NCBI GenBank assembly: GCA_043799545.1
Contig: JAZDNO010000019.1
Coordinates: forward strand, 72,551-136,550
Direction: 5' to 3'
Source: Methanobacteriota archaeon
GTDB taxonomy: Archaea > Thermoplasmatota > Thermoplasmata > SG8-5 > DAIRED01
Length of the DNA: 64,000 bases
Under the pieces are notes generated by a model. That model searched no databases. It saw only the letters and a list, made by a program, of their open reading frames with translations, and was not told where the DNA came from. Both the position numbers and the translations under genes were made by a program. This document shows positions 8,666-17,965 of this stretch, in pieces. Each line of letters begins with the position of its first letter. Position 1 is the stretch's first letter.

Positions 8666-8933
8666 ATTTTTCCCCTCCTTTAATGCTGTTGCGGTCTGTC
8701 AGAGTCTGGGCCACGCCAGCGTAGCAGTCGTCGCACAGGAACCTCGGAGCCTTCCGCTCCCTCTTGCGCTCCATTCCGAGCATAGCCATGCCGGCGGTGT
8801 CCATCAACACCATCTCGGTGAACGTCACCTCCGCAATCCGCACGTGGTCCTGGCACAGGCCCATCCCGCACACGACGCATATCCCGACTGCCTGTGATTC
8901 CTTCCCCTTTTTGGCGCATTTGTAGCAGAGCAT
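8655..8933 (-). CDS. DUF2180-family Zn-binding archaeal protein
   Basis: C-x2-C...AVGICVVCGMGLCQDH...LCDDC pattern; overlaps the hcp start. Confidence 0.75.
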   Translation of the reverse strand: MLCYKCAKKGKESQAVGICVVCGMGLCQDHVRIAEVTFTEMVLMDTAGMAMLGMERKRERKAPRFLCDDCYAGVAQTLTDRNSIKGGEKYVL

Positions 8934-9070
8934 ACCTTTGTCCCCGTGATAAACAGGCGCCTATTTGTTATAAATGCAATCCCTACAAAATTAAACGATT
9001 GTGAACGTTATGGCATCCCACTCTGCTGGCGTGCAGAGCCAGTGACCAAGCGACCATTGCAACTCACCCA

Positions 9071-11983
9071 TCAACCTTCGCGACCCAGACCTTCTAGCAT
9101 CTTCTCGCACCGTTCGGCGTCCTTCCGGATGTTGGACTTCCTGAACGCCTGCAGCGCCAGCATAAGGTGCTCACGCGCAGATTCCCGTCTTCCCTCCTTC
9201 GCCAGGAGTTCGGCATACTGCGTGCGCACGATTGCCCCGTCGATGACGAAACCCGCCCCCTCCAGCCTATTGATGGATGATTCGTATTTGACGAAACAGC
9301 CATCTTTGTCGCCAGTTCCGAGAAGGACATCCCCCTCCAGCTTATCCACCATGCCGATGAACTTCTTCAGGTCGAGTTCCTCCGCGACCCTCTTCGCGCG
9401 CTCAATGTTCACACTTGCGTCTTCCAGCCTTCCCGTGGCCAGGTTCAGCTCCGCCAGGCCGCAGTTCGCGCTGGCCTCGCCGGGCCTGTCTCCGTCCGCC
9501 GACGCGATCTCGAGTGCGTGCGTGTAGGCATCTAAGGCGCCCTCCGCATCGCCGAGATTCGTCTTGCATTTGGCTATATTTGTGTACAGGCGCGCTGACT
9601 CGACTCCCAACCTTTCCGAGAGTTCTAACGCCCGCGAGAAATGCGCCATCGCGTTGTCGAAATCGGCTGTGTCCTGCAGGAGTGCGCCGATGTTGGTGTT
9701 GGCGAAGAGCGCGCCCATCAGGTCTCCAATCCCCTCGCGGATGGCGAGCGCCCTCTTGTAGTAGTCGAGCGCAGCGCCGTAATCACCGAGGTCTGCGTGA
9801 GCGTTCCCGATGTTGTTCAGGGAAGCCGCGATGACATCCTTGTTGCCGGATTTCTCTCGGGCCAACAACGCCTTCGAGTAATTCTCCAATGCCCGGGAGT
9901 TCTCTCCCCTGTCCGCGAGCACGTTGCCTATGAGGTTGAACGCGAACCCAGTCTCCTCGTAGGCGTTTCCCTGCTTCTCAAGAAGGGAAAGGCAGTCGTT
10001 GGCGCACGTCAATGCCGTGTCGAACTCACCAAGGCGCCAGTGAACAACCCCCTTTCCGACGGTCAGCTTGCTGAGCTCCGGGGAATCGGTAGCTTCGACT
10101 AGTTTGATTCCGGTTTCGAAGGATTCAATCGCGGCCTTCGGGTTCCCCGCCTTTTCTAGGGTATACCCGATTTTCCTGTGCAACCTGGCAGACCCTTCGG
10201 GCTCTTGGTTGGCCGACCTAGCAGACTCGTACTTCCCCACAGCTTCGACGAATCTGCTCACGAGCCTGAGCATGTCGCCGGTCCTCTCGCGTATTGCCGG
10301 AAGCCTCTCAGCATCGAGCAGGTTGCCGCTTTTGGCCGATGAGATGAGCGATTCGACGAATTCGAAATATTCAATCGCCGACGCCGGTGCGTAGACCAAG
10401 GCGGATTTCTCCCCGGCCAAGAGGTTGTAGTTCAGAGCCTTGCCGTGCTCGCGGCTCCTTCTAAAATGGTACGCTAGTTCGTGGAGGCGCGCTTCTTGCA
10501 GTCCGAGCCCTTCGATTGTCTCCCCTATTCGCCTGTGCCTGGCCGCCCTCCATCGCTCCCCCGTTTCGCCGTATATTATCTCCCTAACCTTCGGCATGGA
10601 GAACCTGTATGCTCCGTCGTCCCGTATGACGAGATGTCTCCCTTCGAGGCGCTCCAAGGCGCTCTCGAACGATTTTCCTGGCAGGTCCTTTTCCGAGACC
10701 GCGCGCGATAGAATGTCGAAGTCAATATCCCCTGGCATCGCCGCCATCAGTTCTATAACTTCGAGTTCGAGGTCGTGGAGGGAGTCGATTTTGGAGTGCA
10801 GAAGCGCGGACATCTGCGCCCCCACGCCGCTGGAGATTTGATAGTCCAACTCCGCAACATCCCCCACGCCCTTCGACACGATCAGGTCGGCGTATTCGCG
10901 AAGCAGCGCAGGGTTTCCGCCCGTCCTCTTGACGATTTCGAGCACGAGCTCTTCACGGAGCCCGTCCCCGCATGTTGAGCGGACGAATGCTGCGGCAGAA
11001 GGCTCGTTTAAATCTGCGAGGTGGATGATTTCGCCGTGCTTGTCAGCCAGAGTCATCAGGGCAGAGATGTGCTCAACCCCCTCCATCGGCTGCAGGGCTG
11101 CGATTACGAGCAGCTTCCTCTTTTTGTTGGTCCTCACAAGATGTTCCAGGAGTTGAAGCGAATTGCCGTCTATGGAGTGTGCGTCGTCGATGAAGAGCAA
11201 GGTTGGGGATTCCGATGCCAGCCTGTCGAACAGTAGCGAGTTCCTCTCGCCTATCCTGACCATCTGCTTCTTTATGTCGACATCGTCTCTCCTGGTTTCG
11301 AGGATGTACATCTTCTCCAGGAGTCCTTTCGCGAGGGCGGCGATGGGTGCAGCGGCCCTCATGTCCCCAGACCAGTTCCGCACGGTGTCGCCGTGCGCTG
11401 ATTCCATCTCGGAGACGCACCTCCCGAGGTCCCTCCTCATCTGGGGGCTATCGGTTCCGGACAGGACTCCCACGCAGAAGCAGTCACTCCCGTGCTCGAT
11501 GAGTATCTTGCTGGTCCTATACTCCAGTTTGCCCAGGCCGCCCTCCTCGATGCCGCCGTCCCCGATGGCCGCCCTGCCCAGGGAATCCCCCACAAAATTC
11601 TGCACTGCGGATATCATGCCGCCGACGATGTCCTCGTCCATCGGAGTGTCGACCCTGGCAGCGTGCGCCAGCACGAGCCCCGCTTTGTTGATGATGAAAA
11701 TCCTCTCGAACGAGGCCTTCTCTTCCCAAGGCAGTTCGACTATTCCCACGTTCCTGAAAGACTGGACGAAGACGCCGTATGGCGGAGCCCCTTCGTAGCA
11801 ATTGGCGGACAAGGTCTTCCAGTTGCCCGGCGGCAGCGCTTTCGCAAACTCCGACGCCAGGGTGCTCTTCCCTGTCCCCTCGTCGCCGGCGATCAAGATG
11901 AATCTTCCCGAACCAGAGAGCACTTCGCCGAGCCTCGCATTGAGCCTGCCGAGTTCGTCCACTCTTTCCAACCGAGGAACCAT
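9071..11983 (-). CDS. STAND-type AAA ATPase (AAA_16-like) with inserted longin/roadblock-like domain and C-terminal TPR repeats
   Basis: Walker A GDEGTGKS, Walker B LLFIDDAH, GGNP motif, multiple TPR helices (ASLNNIGNAHADLGDYGAALDYYKRAL). Confidence 0.85.
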   Translation of the reverse strand: MVPRLERVDELGRLNARLGEVLSGSGRFILIAGDEGTGKSTLASEFAKALPPGNWKTLSANCYEGAPPYGVFVQSFRNVGIVELPWEEKASFERIFIINKAGLVLAHAARVDTPMDEDIVGGMISAVQNFVGDSLGRAAIGDGGIEEGGLGKLEYRTSKILIEHGSDCFCVGVLSGTDSPQMRRDLGRCVSEMESAHGDTVRNWSGDMRAAAPIAALAKGLLEKMYILETRRDDVDIKKQMVRIGERNSLLFDRLASESPTLLFIDDAHSIDGNSLQLLEHLVRTNKKRKLLVIAALQPMEGVEHISALMTLADKHGEIIHLADLNEPSAAAFVRSTCGDGLREELVLEIVKRTGGNPALLREYADLIVSKGVGDVAELDYQISSGVGAQMSALLHSKIDSLHDLELEVIELMAAMPGDIDFDILSRAVSEKDLPGKSFESALERLEGRHLVIRDDGAYRFSMPKVREIIYGETGERWRAARHRRIGETIEGLGLQEARLHELAYHFRRSREHGKALNYNLLAGEKSALVYAPASAIEYFEFVESLISSAKSGNLLDAERLPAIRERTGDMLRLVSRFVEAVGKYESARSANQEPEGSARLHRKIGYTLEKAGNPKAAIESFETGIKLVEATDSPELSKLTVGKGVVHWRLGEFDTALTCANDCLSLLEKQGNAYEETGFAFNLIGNVLADRGENSRALENYSKALLAREKSGNKDVIAASLNNIGNAHADLGDYGAALDYYKRALAIREGIGDLMGALFANTNIGALLQDTADFDNAMAHFSRALELSERLGVESARLYTNIAKCKTNLGDAEGALDAYTHALEIASADGDRPGEASANCGLAELNLATGRLEDASVNIERAKRVAEELDLKKFIGMVDKLEGDVLLGTGDKDGCFVKYESSINRLEGAGFVIDGAIVRTQYAELLAKEGRRESAREHLMLALQAFRKSNIRKDAERCEKMLEGLGREG

Positions 11984-12115
11984 TTTCCTTTCCCGCCCAC
12001 AATGCGGAGCGGTATCAGCACCCGCACCCGCATTGGTAATGCGCCTTCGGATATATCGCTTTGTTCATCCCTTCGCGTCGAATGCAGATTTCGATGGGCT
12101 GGCACGACCTGCCAG

Positions 12116-12868
12116 TCAAACGGGTTTTTTCTTCCTGTCTCGCCAGTAATCGCAAATCAAGTATACGATTACGGACGCCAATATGCAGTACCCAATCGTC
12201 TCGACGACCGTCCGTCCGTAGGAATCCAGTATCGCCCCGCCAGCGTAGTAGCTCGCGCCGGCGATGGCGAAGCAGCCGATGAGCGAACCCGCGGTCACGG
12301 CTGCGAATACGACCCTTCCTCGAATCCCGGCCATCCTCCCAATCAGGGTGGACATGATTCCTCCGCTGCCCTGGACCGAGAGGCTCACGAACCCCGTCAA
12401 GCCCATGAATGCCAGCTTCTCCCCCTCGCGGCGCTTGCGGAGCCTGGCCGCTCCCTTCTCCTCCAGCTTGCGAAGCCACTTGCCAATGACGGGAATCATC
12501 TGGAGGAGGTCGAAGTTGTTCACAAGGAACATTGAGCACGTGATGTCAATGAACGCGACCGAGAAGGCCACGAGAGCTATGTCCAAGAACGGGCTGGTTT
12601 CTCCGTGCATCTCGCGGAGGCCGGGCATGTCCACGCTCCAGCCTATCCAAGAAGCGACGGTGTTCAACCCCACGAGCAGAGCCCCCGGGATGAGCAGGTA
12701 CTTGCCGATGGGGGTGATGAAGTAGAGCACCATCAGCGCCCCCGCGAGCATGAAAGCCTCCCATTCCAGGAATTCGTATAGTGCGATGCAGTAGAGTGCG
12801 ACTATCGCGACTGGAAGGAAGAACAATCCGAGGCGCTTCGCGACATATCTCCAATCAGGCATCTTCAC
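12116..12868 (-). CDS. Putative small multidrug export family membrane protein
   Basis: Multiple TM helices; GLTGFVSLSVQGSGG...G...AAVTAGSLI resembles the PF06695 signature. Confidence 0.7.
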   Translation of the reverse strand: MKMPDWRYVAKRLGLFFLPVAIVALYCIALYEFLEWEAFMLAGALMVLYFITPIGKYLLIPGALLVGLNTVASWIGWSVDMPGLREMHGETSPFLDIALVAFSVAFIDITCSMFLVNNFDLLQMIPVIGKWLRKLEEKGAARLRKRREGEKLAFMGLTGFVSLSVQGSGGIMSTLIGRMAGIRGRVVFAAVTAGSLIGCFAIAGASYYAGGAILDSYGRTVVETIGYCILASVIVYLICDYWRDRKKKPV

Positions 12869-13433
12869 CCTTCTCTGCGTGTGCGGCCTCGGCCAGATGC
12901 CCCATGAGCGCGGAAAAGGCCCTTCCCCTGTGGGAGATGCGGTTCTTGATGGAATGGTCCATCTCGGCGAAGGTCATGGAAGTTCCATTCGGTACGAAGA
13001 CTGGGTCGAAGCCGAAACCGCTTTCACCACGCGGAGCCTCTGAAATGGAGCCCTCGGTTACACCGGTGAAGATGTGCCTCTTGCCGTCAATCACCAGGCC
13101 GGCGCAGCATTCGAAGCGCGCGCTCCTGTCCTCGGCGCCTTCGAGCAGCTTGAGGATTCCCTGCCAACCCAGCGTCTTGTAAGCGTGGGCCGAGTAAACG
13201 CCCGGGAAGCCTTTCAGCGCCTCCACGAAGAGACCGGAATCGTCGATAATGAACGGCTCCTCGACCCTGCTCGACATCCATTCGAGGCCGTAGTTCACGA
13301 CGGCCTCCAGGGTCTCGACCTGCAGCTCCGGGTACGTGGTGTTGATTCTTTCAACCTTGTAACCCAGCGGCTCCAGCATGGCCCTGACCTCAGACGCCTT
13401 TCCCTCGTTCGACGTGACGAACCTAATGTTCAT
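12855..13433 (-). CDS. rdgB: Non-canonical purine NTP pyrophosphatase (RdgB/HAM1)
   Basis: FVTSNEGK, DDSGLFVEALKGFPGVYS, FGFDPVF, KNRISHRGRA. Confidence 0.95.
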   Translation of the reverse strand: MNIRFVTSNEGKASEVRAMLEPLGYKVERINTTYPELQVETLEAVVNYGLEWMSSRVEEPFIIDDSGLFVEALKGFPGVYSAHAYKTLGWQGILKLLEGAEDRSARFECCAGLVIDGKRHIFTGVTEGSISEAPRGESGFGFDPVFVPNGTSMTFAEMDHSIKNRISHRGRAFSALMGHLAEAAHAEKGEDA

Positions 13434-14040
13434 GGTATCTGCCCCTTTTCTCAACCTGGCCGACGACTTTCTCAATCTCCCGCGCCCCCGGGAACTCCGC
13501 CCTGTATCCCTCGAGCACGCTCTCGAAGCAATCCATGTGCGCCGAGTGCGCCGACTGGAAAGCCTCCTTCAGCAGGTGGAGGTCGACCGCCTTCTTCTCC
13601 GCCTCGGGGGTGAGCTCCCCCATGCTGAAGTCTATCATGTAAAGCCCGTCCGCGACTATGACGTTGGACGTTGTGAAATCCCCATGGATAATGTCCGCCT
13701 TGTGGAGTTTTCCGGCGCAGCGGCCCAGCTCGCGGCACAGGCGCTTCCTCTCGGCTGGCTTCGCCGCGTCGATGGCCTCCTTGGCCTGCGGCCCTTCTAT
13801 GAACTGCATGATGATTTTGTGGTTGGCCACGTCCGCGTCGTAGATGACCGGGACGAGGACGCCCGCCTTCCTGGCGGAGGCCACGAGCCTGACCTCGGCC
13901 CTCATGCGCTGCCTCCTGATGCGCTCGTCCAGCTCCGCGAGGCGGTAGCCCTTTGGGACGCGATGCTTGACAACCGCCTTCCTGCCCTTCCAATCAGCCA
14001 GGCACAGCTCCGCCTCCGCCCCGCGCCTGTAGATTTCCAT
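13423..14040 (-). CDS. bud32: KEOPS complex kinase Bud32 (stand-alone)
   Basis: RGAEA, KHRVPKGYR, LHKADIIHGDFTTSN, IDFSMG, AVDLHLL. Confidence 0.93.
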   Translation of the reverse strand: MEIYRRGAEAELCLADWKGRKAVVKHRVPKGYRLAELDERIRRQRMRAEVRLVASARKAGVLVPVIYDADVANHKIIMQFIEGPQAKEAIDAAKPAERKRLCRELGRCAGKLHKADIIHGDFTTSNVIVADGLYMIDFSMGELTPEAEKKAVDLHLLKEAFQSAHSAHMDCFESVLEGYRAEFPGAREIEKVVGQVEKRGRYHEH

Positions 14041-14513
14041 CAATCGCGCCCCTTGAACATGCCCCGGACAACGTCGCCCCTCGACAGGATGCCGACCAAT
14101 CCCTCATCGCCAACGACCGGAAGCCTGTTCACGTTGTGGCCGTTCATGAGGTTGACGGCCACAGAGAGGTCGTCGCCCGGCTTCACGGTGAGCACCTTCT
14201 GGTGCATGACATCCTGGACCTTCATGTCTGCCACTTCGTGCATCGCTTTCGAAATCTCAGTCTGCATGTCCTCCTCGACGAAGGAGACGCTCACCATTGA
14301 TAGAGAGGGATAGACCATCTTCAGGACCTTCGTGCGCTTCTTCACGGCCCCCACGATGTCAGACTCGCTTAGTATCCCGACGAGCTTCCCGCTGTCGTCC
14401 ACGACTGGCACCCCCGAAATGCCAGCGTCCGCCATCCGGCGGGCGGCGTCCTTGACGCTCTCCTTCGGGCTCGCCTTGATTACCTTGACGTTCATCAAAT
14501 CGCCGACTTTCAT
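14040..14513 (-). CDS. CBS-pair domain protein
   Basis: ISGVPVVDDSGKLVGILSESD and NRLPVV...LVGILSRGD. Confidence 0.9.
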   Translation of the reverse strand: MKVGDLMNVKVIKASPKESVKDAARRMADAGISGVPVVDDSGKLVGILSESDIVGAVKKRTKVLKMVYPSLSMVSVSFVEEDMQTEISKAMHEVADMKVQDVMHQKVLTVKPGDDLSVAVNLMNGHNVNRLPVVGDEGLVGILSRGDVVRGMFKGRD

Positions 14514-15814
14514 TTCTTTTCCTCCTTTCGCAGGTCTATGACGCGCTTCGCTTTGCCCTCGGAGCGCGGGAGCGATTCGGGCGGGAGAAGCTCCACCTTC
14601 GCCCTCACAGTTAGCAAGGCCTGCAGCTCCTTCTCCACGTCGGCCTTCAGCCTCGCCATCTGCGCCTTGTCCTGGTGCTTGAAGTTCGGGGAGACCTCCG
14701 CTTTGACACTCAAGTGGTCAAGGAGGTCGCGCTCGACAATTATCTGGTACTGGTCCCCCATCTCCGGCATGTTCATGAGCACGTGCTCGACCTGGCTCGG
14801 GAAGACGTTGACGCCGCCTATGATGAGCATGTCGTCGCTCCTGCCCTTGATGCGCATAATCCTCGGATGCCAGCGCCCGCACTCGCACTCCTCGTATTCC
14901 AGGGTGGCCAGGTCGCGCGTCCGGTATCGTATCAGGGGCATCGCCTCCCTCGTGAGCATCGTTATGACCAGCTCGCCTTTCTGTCCCGGCGGGAGTGGCT
15001 GCAGGGTCTCCGTGTCCACTATCTCGGGAAGGAACTCGTCCCCCCAGATGTGCAGGCCTTTCTGGTGCTCGCATTCGACTGCGACGCCTGGTCCGTACAG
15101 CTCGCTCATGCCGTAGCAGTCGTGCGCCCGCAGCCCGAACGTTTCCTGGATGCGCTTCCTCGCCTCCTCGGACCACGGCTCGGCCCCAAAGAGCCCGACG
15201 CGCAGGCGCAGGTCCTTCTTCGGGTCCATCCCTTCCTTGATGGCCTCCTCGCCGATGTACATGGCGTATGATGGGGTGCAGGCGAGCGCGGTGGTCTTCA
15301 TGTCCTTCATGAGCATGAGCTGGCGCTTCGTGTTTCCCGCCGCCGCAGGAATGACGACCGCGCCGATGCGCTCCGCGCCGTAGTGGAATCCCAAGCCGCC
15401 TGTGAACAGCCCGTAACCGTAGGCGTTCTGGACTATGTCCTTGGGCGTGACGTTCGCTGCAGCGTACGTCCGCGCCATCATCCGTATCCAGGTCTCCAAA
15501 TCGTTGCGCGTGTAAGTTACGACCGTGGGCTTTCCCGTCGTGCCGGACGAGGCGTGGAGGCGCACGACCTTCTCCAACTGCACCGCGAGGATGCCGTACG
15601 GGTAGTGGTCCCTCAGGTCGGTTTTGACTGTGAAAGGCAGCTTGGCCACGTCTTCGAGCGAACGGATGGAGTCCGCGCTGACGCCCTTCTCCTTGAACCG
15701 CTTCCCGTACATCGGGACGTTGTCCGCAGCGTACCGCGCCATCTTCTTAATGCGCTCGAGCTGAAGTTTCTGCAAAGCTTCCGGTCTCATTGTCTCAAGT
15801 TCTGGCTCGTACAA
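14510..15814 (-). CDS. paaK: Phenylacetate-CoA ligase family protein
   Basis: LPFTVKTDLR, HASSGTTGKP, YGLFTGGLG, GAEPWS, YGMSE, YRTRD, GRSDDM, GVNVFPSQ, GKAKRVID. Confidence 0.92.
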   Translation of the reverse strand: MYEPELETMRPEALQKLQLERIKKMARYAADNVPMYGKRFKEKGVSADSIRSLEDVAKLPFTVKTDLRDHYPYGILAVQLEKVVRLHASSGTTGKPTVVTYTRNDLETWIRMMARTYAAANVTPKDIVQNAYGYGLFTGGLGFHYGAERIGAVVIPAAAGNTKRQLMLMKDMKTTALACTPSYAMYIGEEAIKEGMDPKKDLRLRVGLFGAEPWSEEARKRIQETFGLRAHDCYGMSELYGPGVAVECEHQKGLHIWGDEFLPEIVDTETLQPLPPGQKGELVITMLTREAMPLIRYRTRDLATLEYEECECGRWHPRIMRIKGRSDDMLIIGGVNVFPSQVEHVLMNMPEMGDQYQIIVERDLLDHLSVKAEVSPNFKHQDKAQMARLKADVEKELQALLTVRAKVELLPPESLPRSEGKAKRVIDLRKEEKK

Positions 15815-15892
15815 TCGAATCCCTCGCGCATCGGGGATTGTGGAGGGGGGTGAAATAGGTTTCGGGAGAGACCTGACTGCGAATGCAAAAAT

Positions 15893-16066
15893 CTATTTTT
15901 TATTGATGCGGTTCTTCTCTTTCGGCATGCCCGGCATCTCGTTTTGTCCGTCTAGCATGAACTTCACTGATTCGTTCATGTTGACGATTGCCGCTTCCAT
16001 GCGCTCCAGGCGGCAGTTCAGGCAGTTGCAGCCTTCCATGGGTCGCTCGTTCTTGTCGGATTTCAT
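15893..16066 (-). CDS. 57-aa hypothetical protein with CxCxxC motif (below the ORF-track cut-off)
   Basis: MKSDKNERPMEGCNCLNCRLERMEAAIVNMNESVKFMLDGQNEMPGMPKEKNRINKK*; fills an intergenic gap on the same strand as its neighbours. Confidence 0.5.
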   Translation of the reverse strand: MKSDKNERPMEGCNCLNCRLERMEAAIVNMNESVKFMLDGQNEMPGMPKEKNRINKK

Positions 16067-16154
16067 CGGATACCGTCATCTGGATGGCGGATTTGCCATT
16101 TATACCTATTCTTCAAATTATCCTATATGGTAGCGTGGTCGTCGGAGACCTCTT

Positions 16155-16493
16155 TCATGCCCGCTTGGGTTTGTATCTGTCCCTCTGGTCGAAAATTGCG
16201 AACGAGGCATATCCGGCATGAATCCTTGCGGAATGCTTCACTTCTTTATCGATGAAGAACCGGTCCCCCTTTCCGTAGGAGTTCTTCCTGCCCTCGACTG
16301 TCACCTCGGCGCGGCCTTCCAGGACGATTTCCCACTGGCTCGCGTGCGAATGCTCGGGGACGTCCGTATCCTTGTCGAATTCCATGAAGACGATTTGGTG
16401 TGTCTCCGCTTGGGATATGAACACCCTCGCCCCATCGAACGGGATGTCAGCTTCAGGCAGGGCTTTCACAATTTCAGGGTATATGGATGGCAT
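16155..16493 (-). CDS. Cupin-domain protein
   Basis: VPEHSHASQWEIVLEG...VKHSA cupin metal motifs. Confidence 0.88.
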   Translation of the reverse strand: MPSIYPEIVKALPEADIPFDGARVFISQAETHQIVFMEFDKDTDVPEHSHASQWEIVLEGRAEVTVEGRKNSYGKGDRFFIDKEVKHSARIHAGYASFAIFDQRDRYKPKRA

Positions 16494-16622
16494 GGCGCAT
16501 CACCTGCCAAAAGATGGCGCTTAGACTGAAATACCTTTCGCTCGCCCCCCGGATGGCCGCCCCCGGTTCTGCCGCTCTATCGAGTGCGCACCTTTTTACA
16601 CAACCGCCCCTTCCCAACTAGC

Positions 16623-17846
16623 ATGGAAATTGAATTCCTCGGTGGCGCCAGCAAGGTCGGCAGCCTCGGCATGCTGATGAAGACCGGCGGCACGAAGCTC
16701 CTCATAGACTACGGCATAACGCCCACCGACCCGCCAGGGTATCCGGTGCGCACGACCGCTGTGGACGCGGTCCTGCTCACGCACGCCCACGTCGACCATT
16801 CGGGTATGATCCCCTGGTACGCGGGGAAATACGACAGCCCGATTCACGCCTCCCCTCCGACGATAGACGTTGGCCTGATGCTTATGGAAGACACAATCAA
16901 GGTCACCCAGGCGGAAGGATATCCCCTGCCGTACGAGCGTGGCGACGTCCGCGCGGCCCAGCGCAACTTCGACGAGACGGATGTGGGGGAAACGTTCCAT
17001 GTCGGCGACGTAGAAATCGAGACATTTTCCGCCGGCCACATCCCTGGGGCGATGATGTACATGGTCAAGTCCCACGACTCAGTTTTGTTCACGGGGGACA
17101 TCAACACCATCGACACGCGCCTGGTCGGGCGCTGCGACATGCCCCAGTGCGACACGCTGATACTGGAGAGCACCTACGCCGGCCGGCACCACCCCGACCG
17201 TCTGAAGACGGAATACGCTTTCCAGCGCAAGGTGGACGAGGTAGTCGCCAGGGGCGGAGTCGCCGTCGTTCCAGCGTTCGCCGTCGGGCGCACGCAGGAG
17301 GCTGCGATGGTGCTCGCGCAGAGCAGGCACCTCATCTGGCTCGACGGGATGGGCAAGCGCGTTAACGAGGCCTACCTCGACCACCCGAAGTACCTGGCAT
17401 CAGCGAAGAAGCTTCGCAGGGCCATGAACGTGTGCCAGGCTGTAAGGAACACCGGGGCGCGAAGCCAGGCAGCGCATGGGGACGTGATAATCACGACCAG
17501 CGGCATGCTGGACGGCGGGCCGGCGCTTAGCTACATAGACAAGCTGAGGCACGACCCGAAGAACGCAATCCTTCTCACTGGCTATCAGGTCGAAGGGACC
17601 AACGGCCGAAGGCTCATGGACACGGGCAAGATGGTCTTCGACGGCGAAGAGAAGGAAATCAACTGCGAGGTCTCTTTCTTCGACTTCTCGGCCCATGCGG
17701 ACCACAAGCAGCTCCTGCGCTTCGTGGACAAGTGCGAGCCCACGAAGGTTGTATTGATGCACGGGGACCAGCGCGAGGCGCTGGCAAAGGACTTGGAAGG
17801 GTACAACGTGGAGATGCCGAACGAGGGAGAGAAGATAGAAATCTGA
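16623..17846 (+). CDS. MBL/beta-CASP ribonuclease (aCPSF2-like, no KH domains)
   Basis: HAHVDHSG, AGHIPG, FTGD, LILESTYA, FAVGRTQE, TSGML.GGP, FSAHAD. Confidence 0.9.
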   Translation: MEIEFLGGASKVGSLGMLMKTGGTKLLIDYGITPTDPPGYPVRTTAVDAVLLTHAHVDHSGMIPWYAGKYDSPIHASPPTIDVGLMLMEDTIKVTQAEGYPLPYERGDVRAAQRNFDETDVGETFHVGDVEIETFSAGHIPGAMMYMVKSHDSVLFTGDINTIDTRLVGRCDMPQCDTLILESTYAGRHHPDRLKTEYAFQRKVDEVVARGGVAVVPAFAVGRTQEAAMVLAQSRHLIWLDGMGKRVNEAYLDHPKYLASAKKLRRAMNVCQAVRNTGARSQAAHGDVIITTSGMLDGGPALSYIDKLRHDPKNAILLTGYQVEGTNGRRLMDTGKMVFDGEEKEINCEVSFFDFSAHADHKQLLRFVDKCEPTKVVLMHGDQREALAKDLEGYNVEMPNEGEKIEI

Positions 17847-17965
17847 ACGCTACCGATAGTTTCCCATTTCGGTAAATTATAAGTATTGAACGGCCAATTG
17901 CCATCAGGGATTTCGATTGAAATGTGGACGAGAGAAGTCCGGTTGTTCAAAAGGAGCCTGGTATC

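Noticed and set aside
12855-14040. Bud32 without adjacent Kae1
   Set aside because: Stand-alone Bud32 next to rdgB is a common archaeal arrangement; Kae1 is probably elsewhere.
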